DNA of 64,000 bases from a virus. Its lineage: Duplodnaviria; Caudoviricetes. The stretch lies in the IMG/VR virus record IMGVR_UViG_2791355221_000004, positions 1 through 64,000 of that record; one strand, given 5' to 3'. The translations under genes and the position numbers were made by a program. The notes beneath the pieces were generated by a model. That model was not told where the DNA came from, did not search any database, and was given only the letters and a program-made list of their open reading frames with translations. Shown here piece after piece: positions 48,677-59,187 of the stretch (position 1 is its first letter; the number at the start of each line of letters is the position of its first letter).

Positions 48677-51424
48677 TTGAAGCAAGGTAAATCTTATACA
48701 ATTTATAAAATCAACTCTGAAAGCATTAAGAAGACTAAGTGGAACTTTGTCACAGACTTTGCTAAGTTGCGGAAGAGTGAGGAGGTGGTTGGACTATCAG
48801 AAAGCACACTTATTAGAATTCTTCGTCGTATTGAAGGTATCGATGAACTAGAATTCAGAGATAATCTTACCACATTAGAAGCAGAAATTACTGATCTTAA
48901 AAGTTATGAGTCATCAAAAGCAAATTTAATAAAGCTAAAAGAGTTGAATCAGAAATTAAGAGACATGTTACATATTAAGGATTTAGTCATGATCACCATG
49001 AATAAGCCAGAGCACTTTGATAGATTGAATAGTAAAAAAGGCTTTACCATTGATGGAGTTAAATATAAGCGTCTATTTGGTACTGCAGGCGGGGTAAAGA
49101 ATAAGACTTTATTCTATGCTTCAGATAATATATATGGTGAGTTAGTGAGAAGAATTGAAAATGGAAGAGACATGGAAATAAAAATACCCGCGGCTAAACT
49201 GGAAGCATATAAATCACTAGTTGCGTCATCTTCATTATCTGTGGGAAGTCTAGATCCAAAGAAAATTCTAGTGGTAAACGATTGTAAAACAATATTTAAA
49301 GAGGATGTTATCCGAATCTATGATGAAAAAGGAAAGAATTATCCAACTGTTGAGGAAGTAGAAGGATATACAATAGAAAACAATGCTTCTGATGGATTTG
49401 GACTAATATCTCCAAAATTAGCAGAGGAATGGGGTATCAATAGTGGCGGCTGCATGCGGAATGCATTTCTGAAAGGTATGATTTTCCCATTTGACTTCCA
49501 CGAGTTTGCAAAAACTGAGGCAGAGGAAAAATACGAAGTATTTGATGTATGGAGTAAAACTGCCAAAGACATCAGGGATGTTCAATTGATTTTGACCACA
49601 TCTATGTTGAAGTTGTGGAAAGCCTATAAAAGTATTGAGGAATACATAGGATGCTGTAATAAGAATGGTTTTACTTTCAGTATTACAAAAGTGACACCGA
49701 AATCACTAGAAAATCAGAGAGACTTGAATTATCAGTTCATTCAATCTTTAGAGCTTTCAGATGCCGATATTGAAGAATTAGTAAGGCCAACAGTGGATAC
49801 TATTAATGATATTATGAGTAGTGATTATCGAAAGACCATATTGTACCTTAAAGGTGAAGATTTAAAAGAAAAAGGTTATAAAATAAAAGGAAATTTCGAC
49901 TATACTAATGCACTGATGATTGAACCAAAATTAATTAATGACCCATATGTTAAGAATAAGGTTAAAGATTTGATTAGTAAAAGAATAGTTGATGCAATGA
50001 AAGGAGACTTAGTTGTCCGAGGGAACTTTGCTATTGCATCTGGTGATCCGTATGCGCTGTGCCAAACAATATTCAATATGAAAGTAACTGGCCTTTTGAA
50101 AGCAGGAGAGCATTATTCAAGATATTGGAGTGATAATGGTGTAAATAGGGTTGCTTGCTTTAGAGCTCCGATGTCTGTGGCAAACAATATTCGAATCTTG
50201 AATTTTAAAGATACAGATAAAATGAAGCTTTGGTACAAACACATGAAAACAGTCAATATATTCAATGCTTTTGATACGACTCCTCACGCGCAAAACGGTG
50301 AAGATTATGATTCAGATTCCAATCTTACAACTAATAACTCAGTTTTATTACGAGTAATTAAGGAATTGAAACCTATTATATGTGAACAAGGTACGGCAAA
50401 GCCAATTGTCCCCAAAGAAGATGACTTGCAAATTGCTAACAAGTTATCATTCGGTGATGATATTGGCAAGGTAACAAACAGGGGAACTTCTCTCTACAAT
50501 GTCTTGGCTAAATTCGAAAAGGGAACTGCTGAATATAATGAGATACAATATAGAATCAAGTGTGTCCAACATTATCAGCAAAATGCTATCGACAAAACAA
50601 AAGGAGCAGAGTGGAGCCCATTCCCCAAAGAATGGTATAGCGCGAATGCAAATCAGATTATTGAGTACGATACAGAAGAAGATATTCAAAGAAAGCTACT
50701 TAATATATCGATCCTAGCCGATAAACAGCCATACTTCTTTATTTATAGATACCCTGAAACAAGCAAAAAATATAAGGAATACGTAAGAAAGCATGAAGAT
50801 AACTGTATTTTTAACTATGGGATTAAACTACAGGATATGCTGACCAAGCAAGACAGGGATAAGGCAGAAGAAAATTTTGTATTTAATTATTATAGCTATA
50901 TCCCAGTATCCTTAGCACCTTCAACAATGAATCGAATTTGTTGGAAAGTAGAGGAAGAATTCAAAGGTATTAAAAAAGGCAGCAATAAAGAAAAATTTGA
51001 TTATACAGTAATGAAATCAGGCATTCAATACAATCAGAAACATTATAAACAATTGCAGAAGCTATATAATAAACACAATGCACTTATGCAATCTTATAAG
51101 AAAATAAGTAAACAGGATGATATCGATAAAGAAGAGTCAAATGAACAAAGTCGTCAATTTGTTGATGAATTTAGAAATAGCTCTTTAGAAATATGTAGCA
51201 ATATGATCGAACTAACAGATATGGTGTTAGATATTTGCTATTCAAAGTTAAATGAGAGTAAGTCTAAGCAGTTTGCATGGGATATTTGTGGAGAACAGAT
51301 TATTCGTAACCTATGTCAAAGTAATGATTTCGTAATTAATATTCCAGTTCTAGATGAGAATGGAGATATTAATTTTAATGGCAAAAGATTTAGAATGACA
51401 AAATCTTTTATTAGGAGTGTGTAG
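48677..51424 (+). CDS. yonO: Second YonO-like single-subunit RNA polymerase
   Basis: Co-linear paralog of 952-3735 (SDGFGLISP, LNYQFIQSL, FRAPM, QHYQQNAIDK); catalytic loop GEDYDSD. Confidence 0.88.
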   Translation: MKQGKSYTIYKINSESIKKTKWNFVTDFAKLRKSEEVVGLSESTLIRILRRIEGIDELEFRDNLTTLEAEITDLKSYESSKANLIKLKELNQKLRDMLHIKDLVMITMNKPEHFDRLNSKKGFTIDGVKYKRLFGTAGGVKNKTLFYASDNIYGELVRRIENGRDMEIKIPAAKLEAYKSLVASSSLSVGSLDPKKILVVNDCKTIFKEDVIRIYDEKGKNYPTVEEVEGYTIENNASDGFGLISPKLAEEWGINSGGCMRNAFLKGMIFPFDFHEFAKTEAEEKYEVFDVWSKTAKDIRDVQLILTTSMLKLWKAYKSIEEYIGCCNKNGFTFSITKVTPKSLENQRDLNYQFIQSLELSDADIEELVRPTVDTINDIMSSDYRKTILYLKGEDLKEKGYKIKGNFDYTNALMIEPKLINDPYVKNKVKDLISKRIVDAMKGDLVVRGNFAIASGDPYALCQTIFNMKVTGLLKAGEHYSRYWSDNGVNRVACFRAPMSVANNIRILNFKDTDKMKLWYKHMKTVNIFNAFDTTPHAQNGEDYDSDSNLTTNNSVLLRVIKELKPIICEQGTAKPIVPKEDDLQIANKLSFGDDIGKVTNRGTSLYNVLAKFEKGTAEYNEIQYRIKCVQHYQQNAIDKTKGAEWSPFPKEWYSANANQIIEYDTEEDIQRKLLNISILADKQPYFFIYRYPETSKKYKEYVRKHEDNCIFNYGIKLQDMLTKQDRDKAEENFVFNYYSYIPVSLAPSTMNRICWKVEEEFKGIKKGSNKEKFDYTVMKSGIQYNQKHYKQLQKLYNKHNALMQSYKKISKQDDIDKEESNEQSRQFVDEFRNSSLEICSNMIELTDMVLDICYSKLNESKSKQFAWDICGEQIIRNLCQSNDFVINIPVLDENGDINFNGKRFRMTKSFIRSV

Positions 51425-52264
51425 ATGGAAAAAATACTAAATGAGAAGAAGTATCTGCATAAAATTATTTTCGAAAACTATATTGATCCTAATTTATTTA
51501 ACCCTATAAGACTTCTTGTTAAGTATTATGTAGTTAACGGATTGGATAAAAGAAAAGTATATAACTGTGTTTTAAGATATGCGTGTAATATTTATAAAAA
51601 AGTCGATAAAATAAAAAATGATAAGGTTAATAAGAGATATGAAGAAGAAGAGCTTGAGGATATTGTCAAAAAAAATGTGAACTACTACTTTCAGAAGAAG
51701 AAGAAACTGATTAAAGAGAACAAAGAGTTAAGATTAACAGATATTGATCAAATACATATAACTAAGAATGAACTCTATAAGATTTCGATGCTTAGTAATT
51801 TTGAATTAGAGAGACTTGCTTATGTAATGTTGGTTCTGAGCAAGATTGGAAGAGCCAAGTCTGATAACTGTCAAGATAATGTGAACTATGGGGTATTCTG
51901 CAATCGAGAAGTATTTGAAGAGGCATTTCTTTCATATTCTTATAAAAATAAGCTGCTAATCAATGAATTGAAACAAACTGGTCATGTATCTCCAAATCAA
52001 GAAAATGGCAAATCCATTTTCGTCAAAGTTTTGTTTGCTGATAAAGATGAAGATTCAGAAGTAGCAATAACCATAACTGATTTTAGGAATTTTGCTTATA
52101 CATATGACCAATTTAGAGGTAGCAAGGTTATAACCAAATGCAAGATATGTGGAATTACCTTTCAGAAAAAATCAAAGGGGCATAAATATTGTGAGGATTG
52201 TCAAAAAGAAAAGCAACTAGAATTCAAAAGAAAAAGTATTAATAAGAAAAGAAAAGTTATGTAG
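51425..52264 (+). CDS. RNAP-coupled Zn-ribbon protein
   Basis: CKIC...YCEDC; paralog of 3716-4474. Confidence 0.75.
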   Translation: MEKILNEKKYLHKIIFENYIDPNLFNPIRLLVKYYVVNGLDKRKVYNCVLRYACNIYKKVDKIKNDKVNKRYEEEELEDIVKKNVNYYFQKKKKLIKENKELRLTDIDQIHITKNELYKISMLSNFELERLAYVMLVLSKIGRAKSDNCQDNVNYGVFCNREVFEEAFLSYSYKNKLLINELKQTGHVSPNQENGKSIFVKVLFADKDEDSEVAITITDFRNFAYTYDQFRGSKVITKCKICGITFQKKSKGHKYCEDCQKEKQLEFKRKSINKKRKVM

Positions 52265-52387
52265 AGTTTATTGGATCACTAAAAAACTCTTTTAAATAAA
52301 GGCTATTTCAGCCAATTTTAAAAAGTGCTTATGTGGGTAATAAAGTAAAAATAAAAAATAATATTATACATTGGGAGATAATAATAT

Positions 52388-52717
52388 ATGAATAAGGCAG
52401 AACTCATAAATAAAGCAGCAGAAATATCAGGAGTATCTAAAAAAGAAACAGAGAAAGTCGCCAACGCTTTGTTTGACGTAATGTTTGGCACACTAGAAAC
52501 AGGCGAAGAAGTCCAGATTATTAATTTTGGCACTTTCTTTAGGCGCATTCGGAAAGCTAGGGAAAATGGAATTAATCCATTACTTGCTGCTGAATATAAG
52601 AGCCAAGGATATAGCGAAGAAGAATATAAGAAAATGGCTAGTGTAAATGTTCCTGAAATGGGTGCTCCAGCGTTTAGAGGCTCGAACAAACTAAAGGCCG
52701 CATTGAAACACATTTAG
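52388..52717 (+). CDS. HU-like protein (YonN-like) with extended arm
   Basis: MNKAELI...VQIINFGTF...NP. Confidence 0.88.
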   Translation: MNKAELINKAAEISGVSKKETEKVANALFDVMFGTLETGEEVQIINFGTFFRRIRKARENGINPLLAAEYKSQGYSEEEYKKMASVNVPEMGAPAFRGSNKLKAALKHI

Positions 52718-52753
52718 ATAATACATAACCAATTAGACCATTCATTAATTTGG

Positions 52754-52966
52754 ATGGTCTTTTCATATTTAATCAAAAGGGAGATTGATGAAATAATGGC
52801 TATCGAAAAACTGAAAGAATTAAACAAAATTAAAGAGGATTTGTATGCACTCTACCCTAACGCAGTAAAGATTCAGTTTACTTGCGAAGGGGACAAAGTG
52901 ACGCTTGTTCCAACAGAGAAGTATGAGATTTCACCAGAAGCTTTAGTCTCAGAGGAAGAGGAATAA
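52754..52966 (+). CDS. Small hypothetical protein
   Basis: Likely start at ATG about 52796. Confidence 0.55.
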   Translation: MVFSYLIKREIDEIMAIEKLKELNKIKEDLYALYPNAVKIQFTCEGDKVTLVPTEKYEISPEALVSEEEE

Positions 52967-54253
52967 TTGATGAAAGATACTCTTCTTGCTTTAGGGATTA
53001 AAAAACGCAACAAGCAGATCAACATGAGTTGGCAGGAAATTGCTGACCAAAGTGATGGATTGTTTACTTCAGGTGAAAATTTCAGGTGTTGGGTTAAAGA
53101 GCAGCTTCGTAAAAAGGGTGAACTTAAATCCAAGGGTGTTGTAGTAGAGAAGGCAACATTGCCTAACTACAAAGAGACTGTCGAGATAAATAAGGATGGT
53201 TCACACACAAGCGATAAACTGCTTACAATGTCCGCTGAGCAGTGCAAGGACGTAGAATACCTACTTAAAGCTCATGGTTATGACACAAAAGCGTGGGAAC
53301 TTGTCTCCGCGAGAAACAACATTTGGAATGTGTACAGTAAGGTTGACGGTGTTCAAACTCTTTATTCAAGTAAGATTTCAGTGAAACCACGAAAAGAAGT
53401 ATTGAGTTTAGAATACATTCGTGAAGTATTTGATGAAATGAGTTCCAACTATAAGCTTCCTACGTTTAATCCAGTTAGATACAATGCAGATGGAAAAATG
53501 CTGGAAGTAAATATTTCAGATCTTCACTTAGGCAAGATTGCCGATTTGAGCACGTCAAACGATACATATAATCATGAGATTGCGAGAAATAGATTCTTCC
53601 ACGTTATTAATGATGTAATCACACGTACTTCACACTATAAATTCGAAAAGATATTATTCATCTATTCTCAAGACTTCTTCCATCATGAAGGATTATCCAC
53701 TTCCACAACAAGTGGAACAAAAATGGAAACAGATTTGAGATGGAACGAACTGTTTAAAATGGGTGTCCAAATGCTTGTTGAAGCTATTGATATCCTATCA
53801 CAAGTTGCGCCAGTTGAGACAATCTATATTGAAAGTAATCATGACCGTCAGATTAGCTACTATGCAATTGAGTATTTATATGCTTGGTTCAGGAACAATC
53901 CAAATGTAACAGTTGATAATAGTCCTTTGTCTAGGAAATATATCGAGTTTGGTAAAAATCTTATTGGATTCGCTCATGGACACAATGAGAAAAAGAGACT
54001 TGCTTTTCTTATGCCAACTGAAGCTAAAGAGGCATGGAGTCGTACAGAATATCGAGAGTTTCACTTAGGACATTTACATAGTGAGCAATCGGTCACAGAG
54101 CAGAATGGAATCATTGTACGGCACATTAGTAGCGTAACAGGAACTGATACTTGGCATCATTCGCAGGGCTTCGTTGGAAGTCAAAAGAAAGCCCAATCAT
54201 TTGTCTATGACAGAGATTTGGGTTTATTGGATGTTTTACATATCAATGTTTAA
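52967..54253 (+). CDS. Metallophosphoesterase-like phage protein (YonJ-like position)
   Basis: SDLHLG, SNHD, AHGH and GHLH motifs. Confidence 0.8.
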   Translation: MMKDTLLALGIKKRNKQINMSWQEIADQSDGLFTSGENFRCWVKEQLRKKGELKSKGVVVEKATLPNYKETVEINKDGSHTSDKLLTMSAEQCKDVEYLLKAHGYDTKAWELVSARNNIWNVYSKVDGVQTLYSSKISVKPRKEVLSLEYIREVFDEMSSNYKLPTFNPVRYNADGKMLEVNISDLHLGKIADLSTSNDTYNHEIARNRFFHVINDVITRTSHYKFEKILFIYSQDFFHHEGLSTSTTSGTKMETDLRWNELFKMGVQMLVEAIDILSQVAPVETIYIESNHDRQISYYAIEYLYAWFRNNPNVTVDNSPLSRKYIEFGKNLIGFAHGHNEKKRLAFLMPTEAKEAWSRTEYREFHLGHLHSEQSVTEQNGIIVRHISSVTGTDTWHHSQGFVGSQKKAQSFVYDRDLGLLDVLHINV

Positions 54254-54295
54254 TCAAATGGAAGGAATCTTTTATTAGAATGTTAGGTACATAAA

Positions 54296-54466
54296 ATGGG
54301 CAACGGGCACAAATGGACTATTAAAGATAACGCTGTAGAACTTTTAGAGAATAAATATGATGTTGATAATAAGTTGAAGTTTCAGGAGATTATGGAACTA
54401 CTTATAAAAGAAGACTTTTATGAGAACAATGGAGCATCCTTAAACCGATACGAAGGCGGTACTTAG
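54296..54466 (+). CDS. Possible 56-aa ORF or gene remnant
   Basis: Open frame but weak SD. Confidence 0.3.
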   Translation: MGNGHKWTIKDNAVELLENKYDVDNKLKFQEIMELLIKEDFYENNGASLNRYEGGT

Positions 54467-54571
54467 TTCAAATGAATGCACAATTTCATAGGTTCGAAAG
54501 AATCATTTTTAGTTCAGAGATTGTAAAAGCGTTTCTTTACTAAGCAGGTAAAAGTAGAAAGGAGAGTTATA

Positions 54572-54907
54572 TTGAATCAATATACAACATTAACAGGAAA
54601 AATTGCTTTTCACGACCAAATTACTTCTACAGCAAGTACTACGTATAATGTAGGCAACTATAGAACATTAATAATCGATATATTTGGAACAAGTTCGAGC
54701 AGAACTATCAACTTTAAATCAATCGGAGTAAGTGGTACTCCATATCCACTTTCAGGAGTGAGATTATCTGATTTAACCGTAGCCTCTTCAACCTCTTCAA
54801 CAGGCGAAACTTGGTCATTCGATGTGACTGGTCTTGATTCTGTGGGAATTGATGTATCTGCTATCAGCGGAGGAGATGTTTCAGTGAAAGGAAGGTTTGT
54901 TGCTTAA
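54572..54907 (+). CDS. Hypothetical beta-rich protein
   Basis: AAGGAG SD; coupled to the next gene. Confidence 0.65.
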   Translation: MNQYTTLTGKIAFHDQITSTASTTYNVGNYRTLIIDIFGTSSSRTINFKSIGVSGTPYPLSGVRLSDLTVASSTSSTGETWSFDVTGLDSVGIDVSAISGGDVSVKGRFVA

Positions 54908-56142
54908 TGGCAGATTTAGTCGCAAGAGGTGTAGCAAATCAAGCAGTTCAGATAGTTTCTAACCTTCAACCTAAACCAAACCAAGATGACAGATCAAACA
55001 AGGATGGGGTAATCCTACTAACCAGCGGGATTGCAGCATCTTGGACTAAGCCATATGGAGATGCCATAGGTATCGATTCTTTGCATACATACCTCTCGCC
55101 TACAGGCATGTATATTCAATCCACAAATGGTGTAGATACGGCTTTGAGACTTGCTGCATTGAGGGGGTTTAGACTCGATAAATACAAGAGTTTGAGGGTT
55201 TATGTGTACATCGAAAATGTAGCTAATCTTTTTGATCTTCAATTTTATTTTTCGGCAAACGGTGGATTTAGCATTCAGTCTTATTACACACTTATTGCTG
55301 ATGATGCCCGTTTTGTCGAAGGGTGGAATGAAATCTTGATTGATACAACTAAGTTGATTGCCCAAGGTGGTGATGTACTTTCAACCAAACGAGTATCTTT
55401 CCAAATGCGTGCTAAGTCCATAGCAGGTGCAGGAAAAACAGTGAAGGTTACTTTTGATTCTATTGTTGCTGATTCTAATAGTAAGCCTAAAATTATATTC
55501 ACTTTTGATGATGCATGGGACACACAGTACACGAAAGCATTCCCACTTCTATTAGAGCGTGGATTTGTGGGTAACATTGGGGTTATACCGACAAAGGTTG
55601 GAACCACAGGTTATTGTACATTAGCACAGTTGCAAGAAATGTACAGCTATGGATGGGATATGTTTAACCATACCTATACTCACCCAGACCTTTCAACGCT
55701 TTCTGCTTCTGAAGTAACAAACGAGATTGTCCAATGTAAGGATTGGCTAAATAGACAGGGGTTCACACGAGCATCTGACTTTCTAGCGTACCCATATGGA
55801 GGCCACAATCAGACCACAGTCGATACGATAAAGTCAGAAATTAGAGCTGCTAGATGTCTAACCGAGGGTATACAAGGTGAAAAATTAATTAATCCGCATA
55901 GAATTATGACTCGAAACATGATAAATGGTCGAGCGACTGCGAACTTCACTGGCTTTGTCGATGAATTAATCAATACAGGTGGTACATTGGTCTTTACTAA
56001 CCATAAAATTGAGCCAACAGGAACAGACCCTCTAATCTACGTTGATGCCAGTTTTACTACAGTTTTAGATCATATCTATAGTAAGCGAAGTCAAGTTGAA
56101 GTTGTCACAGTGTCACAGTGGCTAGGCACAAGACGTGCTTAA
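54907..56142 (+). CDS. Polysaccharide deacetylase (NodB/CE4) with N-terminal beta domain
   Basis: TFDDAW, NHTYTHPDL and AYPYG motifs. Confidence 0.85.
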   Translation: MADLVARGVANQAVQIVSNLQPKPNQDDRSNKDGVILLTSGIAASWTKPYGDAIGIDSLHTYLSPTGMYIQSTNGVDTALRLAALRGFRLDKYKSLRVYVYIENVANLFDLQFYFSANGGFSIQSYYTLIADDARFVEGWNEILIDTTKLIAQGGDVLSTKRVSFQMRAKSIAGAGKTVKVTFDSIVADSNSKPKIIFTFDDAWDTQYTKAFPLLLERGFVGNIGVIPTKVGTTGYCTLAQLQEMYSYGWDMFNHTYTHPDLSTLSASEVTNEIVQCKDWLNRQGFTRASDFLAYPYGGHNQTTVDTIKSEIRAARCLTEGIQGEKLINPHRIMTRNMINGRATANFTGFVDELINTGGTLVFTNHKIEPTGTDPLIYVDASFTTVLDHIYSKRSQVEVVTVSQWLGTRRA

Positions 56143-56257
56143 TATGGGGATCGGTAGGAAAAGAAGAAAATATAAGTGTAGTTTATAGGAAAATGCAAAG
56201 ACAGGAAGCCACTTAGAAATAAGTTAGGGCTTCTTATTTTTGCACAAATTTTATATA

Positions 56258-56377
56258 AAGACTCACGCTTTAAGCACATCTCAACGGGTGAATTTAAAGC
56301 GTAAGTTTTCGTGTGTGTACGCAATCTAGGATTAATGTTCCTCTCCCTAACATTTAATCTTGCTTTCACACACGGAA
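56258..56377 (+). ncRNA. Structured two-hairpin leader, homologous to 5340-5460
   Basis: Stem 56258-56273/56294-56309; stem 56307-56317/56367-56377 with CCUCUCCCU loop. Confidence 0.6.
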
Positions 56378-56407
56378 TTTTCATGGGAGTAAGGGGAGGG
56401 TTGAAAG

Positions 56408-57427
56408 ATGACTGAAACAAAGCTAAAAGGCAGACCAAGGAAAGATACTGATGTTTCACAACAAAAAGAAGTGGGACATGGTGGAAACATAGGAAAAAAG
56501 AAGAATTGTATTACATGTGTAAAGAGTAAAGATTTAAGTCAATTCTATTTGTCTTATAGCTCAAATCATGGTGATAAACGGACTCCTATTTGCAAACTCT
56601 GTGTTCGGAATGATGTTGATTTCACCGACTTAAAAAATGTAAGAGATAGGCTACTTTCAATAGATAAGCCATTTTTAATAGATAGGTGGAACATTGCTAT
56701 TGAAGAACATAGAAAGACAAATAAACATCCAATTGGATGCTATGTAAAAAATATAATACTTTCAGACGCAACAAAGTACTTAACCTATAAAGATAGTGTT
56801 TTTGAGTCGTCTCACATGGAAACTATAGAAATATCTACTTCGATTGAAGATAATGAGATCTTAGAGATTAAGAAATTAAATTACGATTTGAAGCAACTTA
56901 AAAGTAAGTATGGATATGGATATCCAGATGATGAGTATTATCTTTTCGAGGATAAATATCAACAATTAAAAACAAGTTTCCAATTACTCACTACTATGCA
57001 TGAAGAGTATTTCAGAGAATTCTGTGTTAATAAAGTCAAAGAAACTTTAGCTAAAGCAAAGGGACTCTTTAAAGAAGCCAAAGAATGGGCAGCAATGGTA
57101 AAGGATGTTGCTGAAGCTGGAAAGCTTAAGCCTTCTCAAATGAGCAAGGCCGATTTGTCGGGTGGTTTAGATACATTTGGGCAACTTGCTAGAATGGTCG
57201 AAGAAAATCATGAAATTATGCAGCTTCTCCCCCGCTTTACTGAGCAACCAAAAGATAAGGTCGACGTGACTTTATGGTGTTATATCAACTATGTTCGTGA
57301 CTTAAAAGGACTGCCAGAGTGTGAGTATAAAGAAATTTATGCCTTTTACGACATGAAAAAGCAAGATTATGAAAGCCAAATGAGTGATGCCAGATATGGC
57401 GATGAAGAAGATGATGTAGGTGACTAG
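56408..57427 (+). CDS. Putative terminase small subunit with Cys-rich N-terminus
   Basis: CITC...ICKLC; overlaps the large terminase gene. Confidence 0.6.
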   Translation: MTETKLKGRPRKDTDVSQQKEVGHGGNIGKKKNCITCVKSKDLSQFYLSYSSNHGDKRTPICKLCVRNDVDFTDLKNVRDRLLSIDKPFLIDRWNIAIEEHRKTNKHPIGCYVKNIILSDATKYLTYKDSVFESSHMETIEISTSIEDNEILEIKKLNYDLKQLKSKYGYGYPDDEYYLFEDKYQQLKTSFQLLTTMHEEYFREFCVNKVKETLAKAKGLFKEAKEWAAMVKDVAEAGKLKPSQMSKADLSGGLDTFGQLARMVEENHEIMQLLPRFTEQPKDKVDVTLWCYINYVRDLKGLPECEYKEIYAFYDMKKQDYESQMSDARYGDEEDDVGD

Positions 57428-59159
57428 CCATAGTAATTTTCAAAGTGATAATTTCAAGCACACAAGAAAAAGCTCTCGTGTTGGAGATAATCCTGAATTC
57501 AATTCAAATGTAAAATTAGATGAGTCTAAAGGAAGTTCGTTTGATCGTAATTTAGAAAAATGGATTCAGTTTATCCAATGGAGCAAATGGTTTCCCGATC
57601 TATTCTATGATCTTATTTCTCCAGAAAAAGGTGGAATGCGATTAGATTTAGATCAAAGAGTCTTTCTTCGCTCTATGAGCCGTTTTGTAAGCACCTATGG
57701 AGTATTTCCGAGGGGTTTTGGGAAGACAATGCTCGAATTAATGAGCATATATCATACCTGCATACATTTTCCCGATATAACTATGGCTATGAGTGCTCAG
57801 ACTCGTGAGAATGCAAGTTCTATTAGCGAAGAGAAACATAATGAAATTATTAAATGGTTCCCGTTAATGAATAATGAAATTGTGAAATCAAGTTTCAGCA
57901 AAGATCAAGTTGAAGTTATATTTACATCTGGTGCAATCTATAGTGTCTTGGCAAATTCTCAACATTCAAAGGGACAAAGAAGACGCAGACTTAATGTTGA
58001 GGAATCAGCACTCCTAAATAATGCATTATTCAAAGATGCACTGGAACCTGTCGTAAATGTTCCTAGAAGGACGATAGGTAAACTATCAACCATTAATCCA
58101 TATGAGTTAAACGGCATGATTAACTACTTAACTACTAGTGGCTATCGCGGCAGTGATGAGTTTATTCGTTTGATAAACATGATTGACGATATGGCAGAAC
58201 TGAAGGGGAAAATGGTTTTAGGTGCGAGTTGGGAATTACCTTGTCACTATGGACGTGGAGAAACTAGAAGTCAAATTCTAGCCAAGAGGGACGATCCCAC
58301 TACAAGCTCGGTTTCCTTCAACCAAAACTATGGGTCGAAATGGTGCGGTGCGTCTGATGGAGCACTAGTTAGTATCAACAAACTATTAGAATTAAGAACA
58401 GTTCCTACCGCGAGTATTCAACCTCGTAAAAATCGAGAGTATTTTATTGGTGCGGATATTGCACGTTCACAATCAAACAATAATAACAAATCGGCATTTG
58501 TGGTTATTGAAGTTGAACGGGCATCCAATGGAAAAATTAAAACAGCAACAGTTTGTAATATTTTTGTTCCTCCAAATGGAACTAATTTTAATGATCAAGC
58601 AATGTTTCTCAAACGGCTGGACAAACATTATGGTGGTAATGTAACAGTAGTGGATGCTAATGGAATTGGTCAAGGTGTTGTTGAAGAACTAATGAAACAA
58701 ACTATTGATCCTTTACAAAATGACCCTTATGAAAGTTGGGATACAATCAATACTGATGAAATCCCTCAAGATGATGTGTCCCCTAAGAAGATATTTAGTT
58801 TGAAGGCACAAGGAATTCAAACAGACATTGTAACTAATTTCATTGATTTTGTTGAAAGTGGTAGGCTGAAATTGCTTGTACCAAGTAAGTTGTTAGAGTC
58901 AAACGATAGAGTTAAAAGTAATAAAGATGATAATCAAATTAAAGCAGCTCACTTTCAAACAGATCAATTAATTGACCAAACTGCTAACTTAAAACTGGTT
59001 CAGAAACAAGGCGGGAAATTAAGCGTTGAGCAGGTAGCTAAAAAGACAGAAAAAGATATTTGGGCTGCTCTTGCTTATATTTTATACTACTTAAAACACT
59101 ATGAGGATAACAAAAGAGAAGAAGAAGAAACCAATATTCTAGATTATTTATGGGTATAA
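57420..59159 (+). CDS. Terminase large subunit
   Basis: PRGFGKT Walker A, GQRR..VEE Walker B, GADIA and VDANGIG nuclease motifs. Confidence 0.92.
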   Translation: MTSHSNFQSDNFKHTRKSSRVGDNPEFNSNVKLDESKGSSFDRNLEKWIQFIQWSKWFPDLFYDLISPEKGGMRLDLDQRVFLRSMSRFVSTYGVFPRGFGKTMLELMSIYHTCIHFPDITMAMSAQTRENASSISEEKHNEIIKWFPLMNNEIVKSSFSKDQVEVIFTSGAIYSVLANSQHSKGQRRRRLNVEESALLNNALFKDALEPVVNVPRRTIGKLSTINPYELNGMINYLTTSGYRGSDEFIRLINMIDDMAELKGKMVLGASWELPCHYGRGETRSQILAKRDDPTTSSVSFNQNYGSKWCGASDGALVSINKLLELRTVPTASIQPRKNREYFIGADIARSQSNNNNKSAFVVIEVERASNGKIKTATVCNIFVPPNGTNFNDQAMFLKRLDKHYGGNVTVVDANGIGQGVVEELMKQTIDPLQNDPYESWDTINTDEIPQDDVSPKKIFSLKAQGIQTDIVTNFIDFVESGRLKLLVPSKLLESNDRVKSNKDDNQIKAAHFQTDQLIDQTANLKLVQKQGGKLSVEQVAKKTEKDIWAALAYILYYLKHYEDNKREEEETNILDYLWV

Positions 59160-59187
59160 AATGTCCAAACAGGAAGAGGGTGATTAA

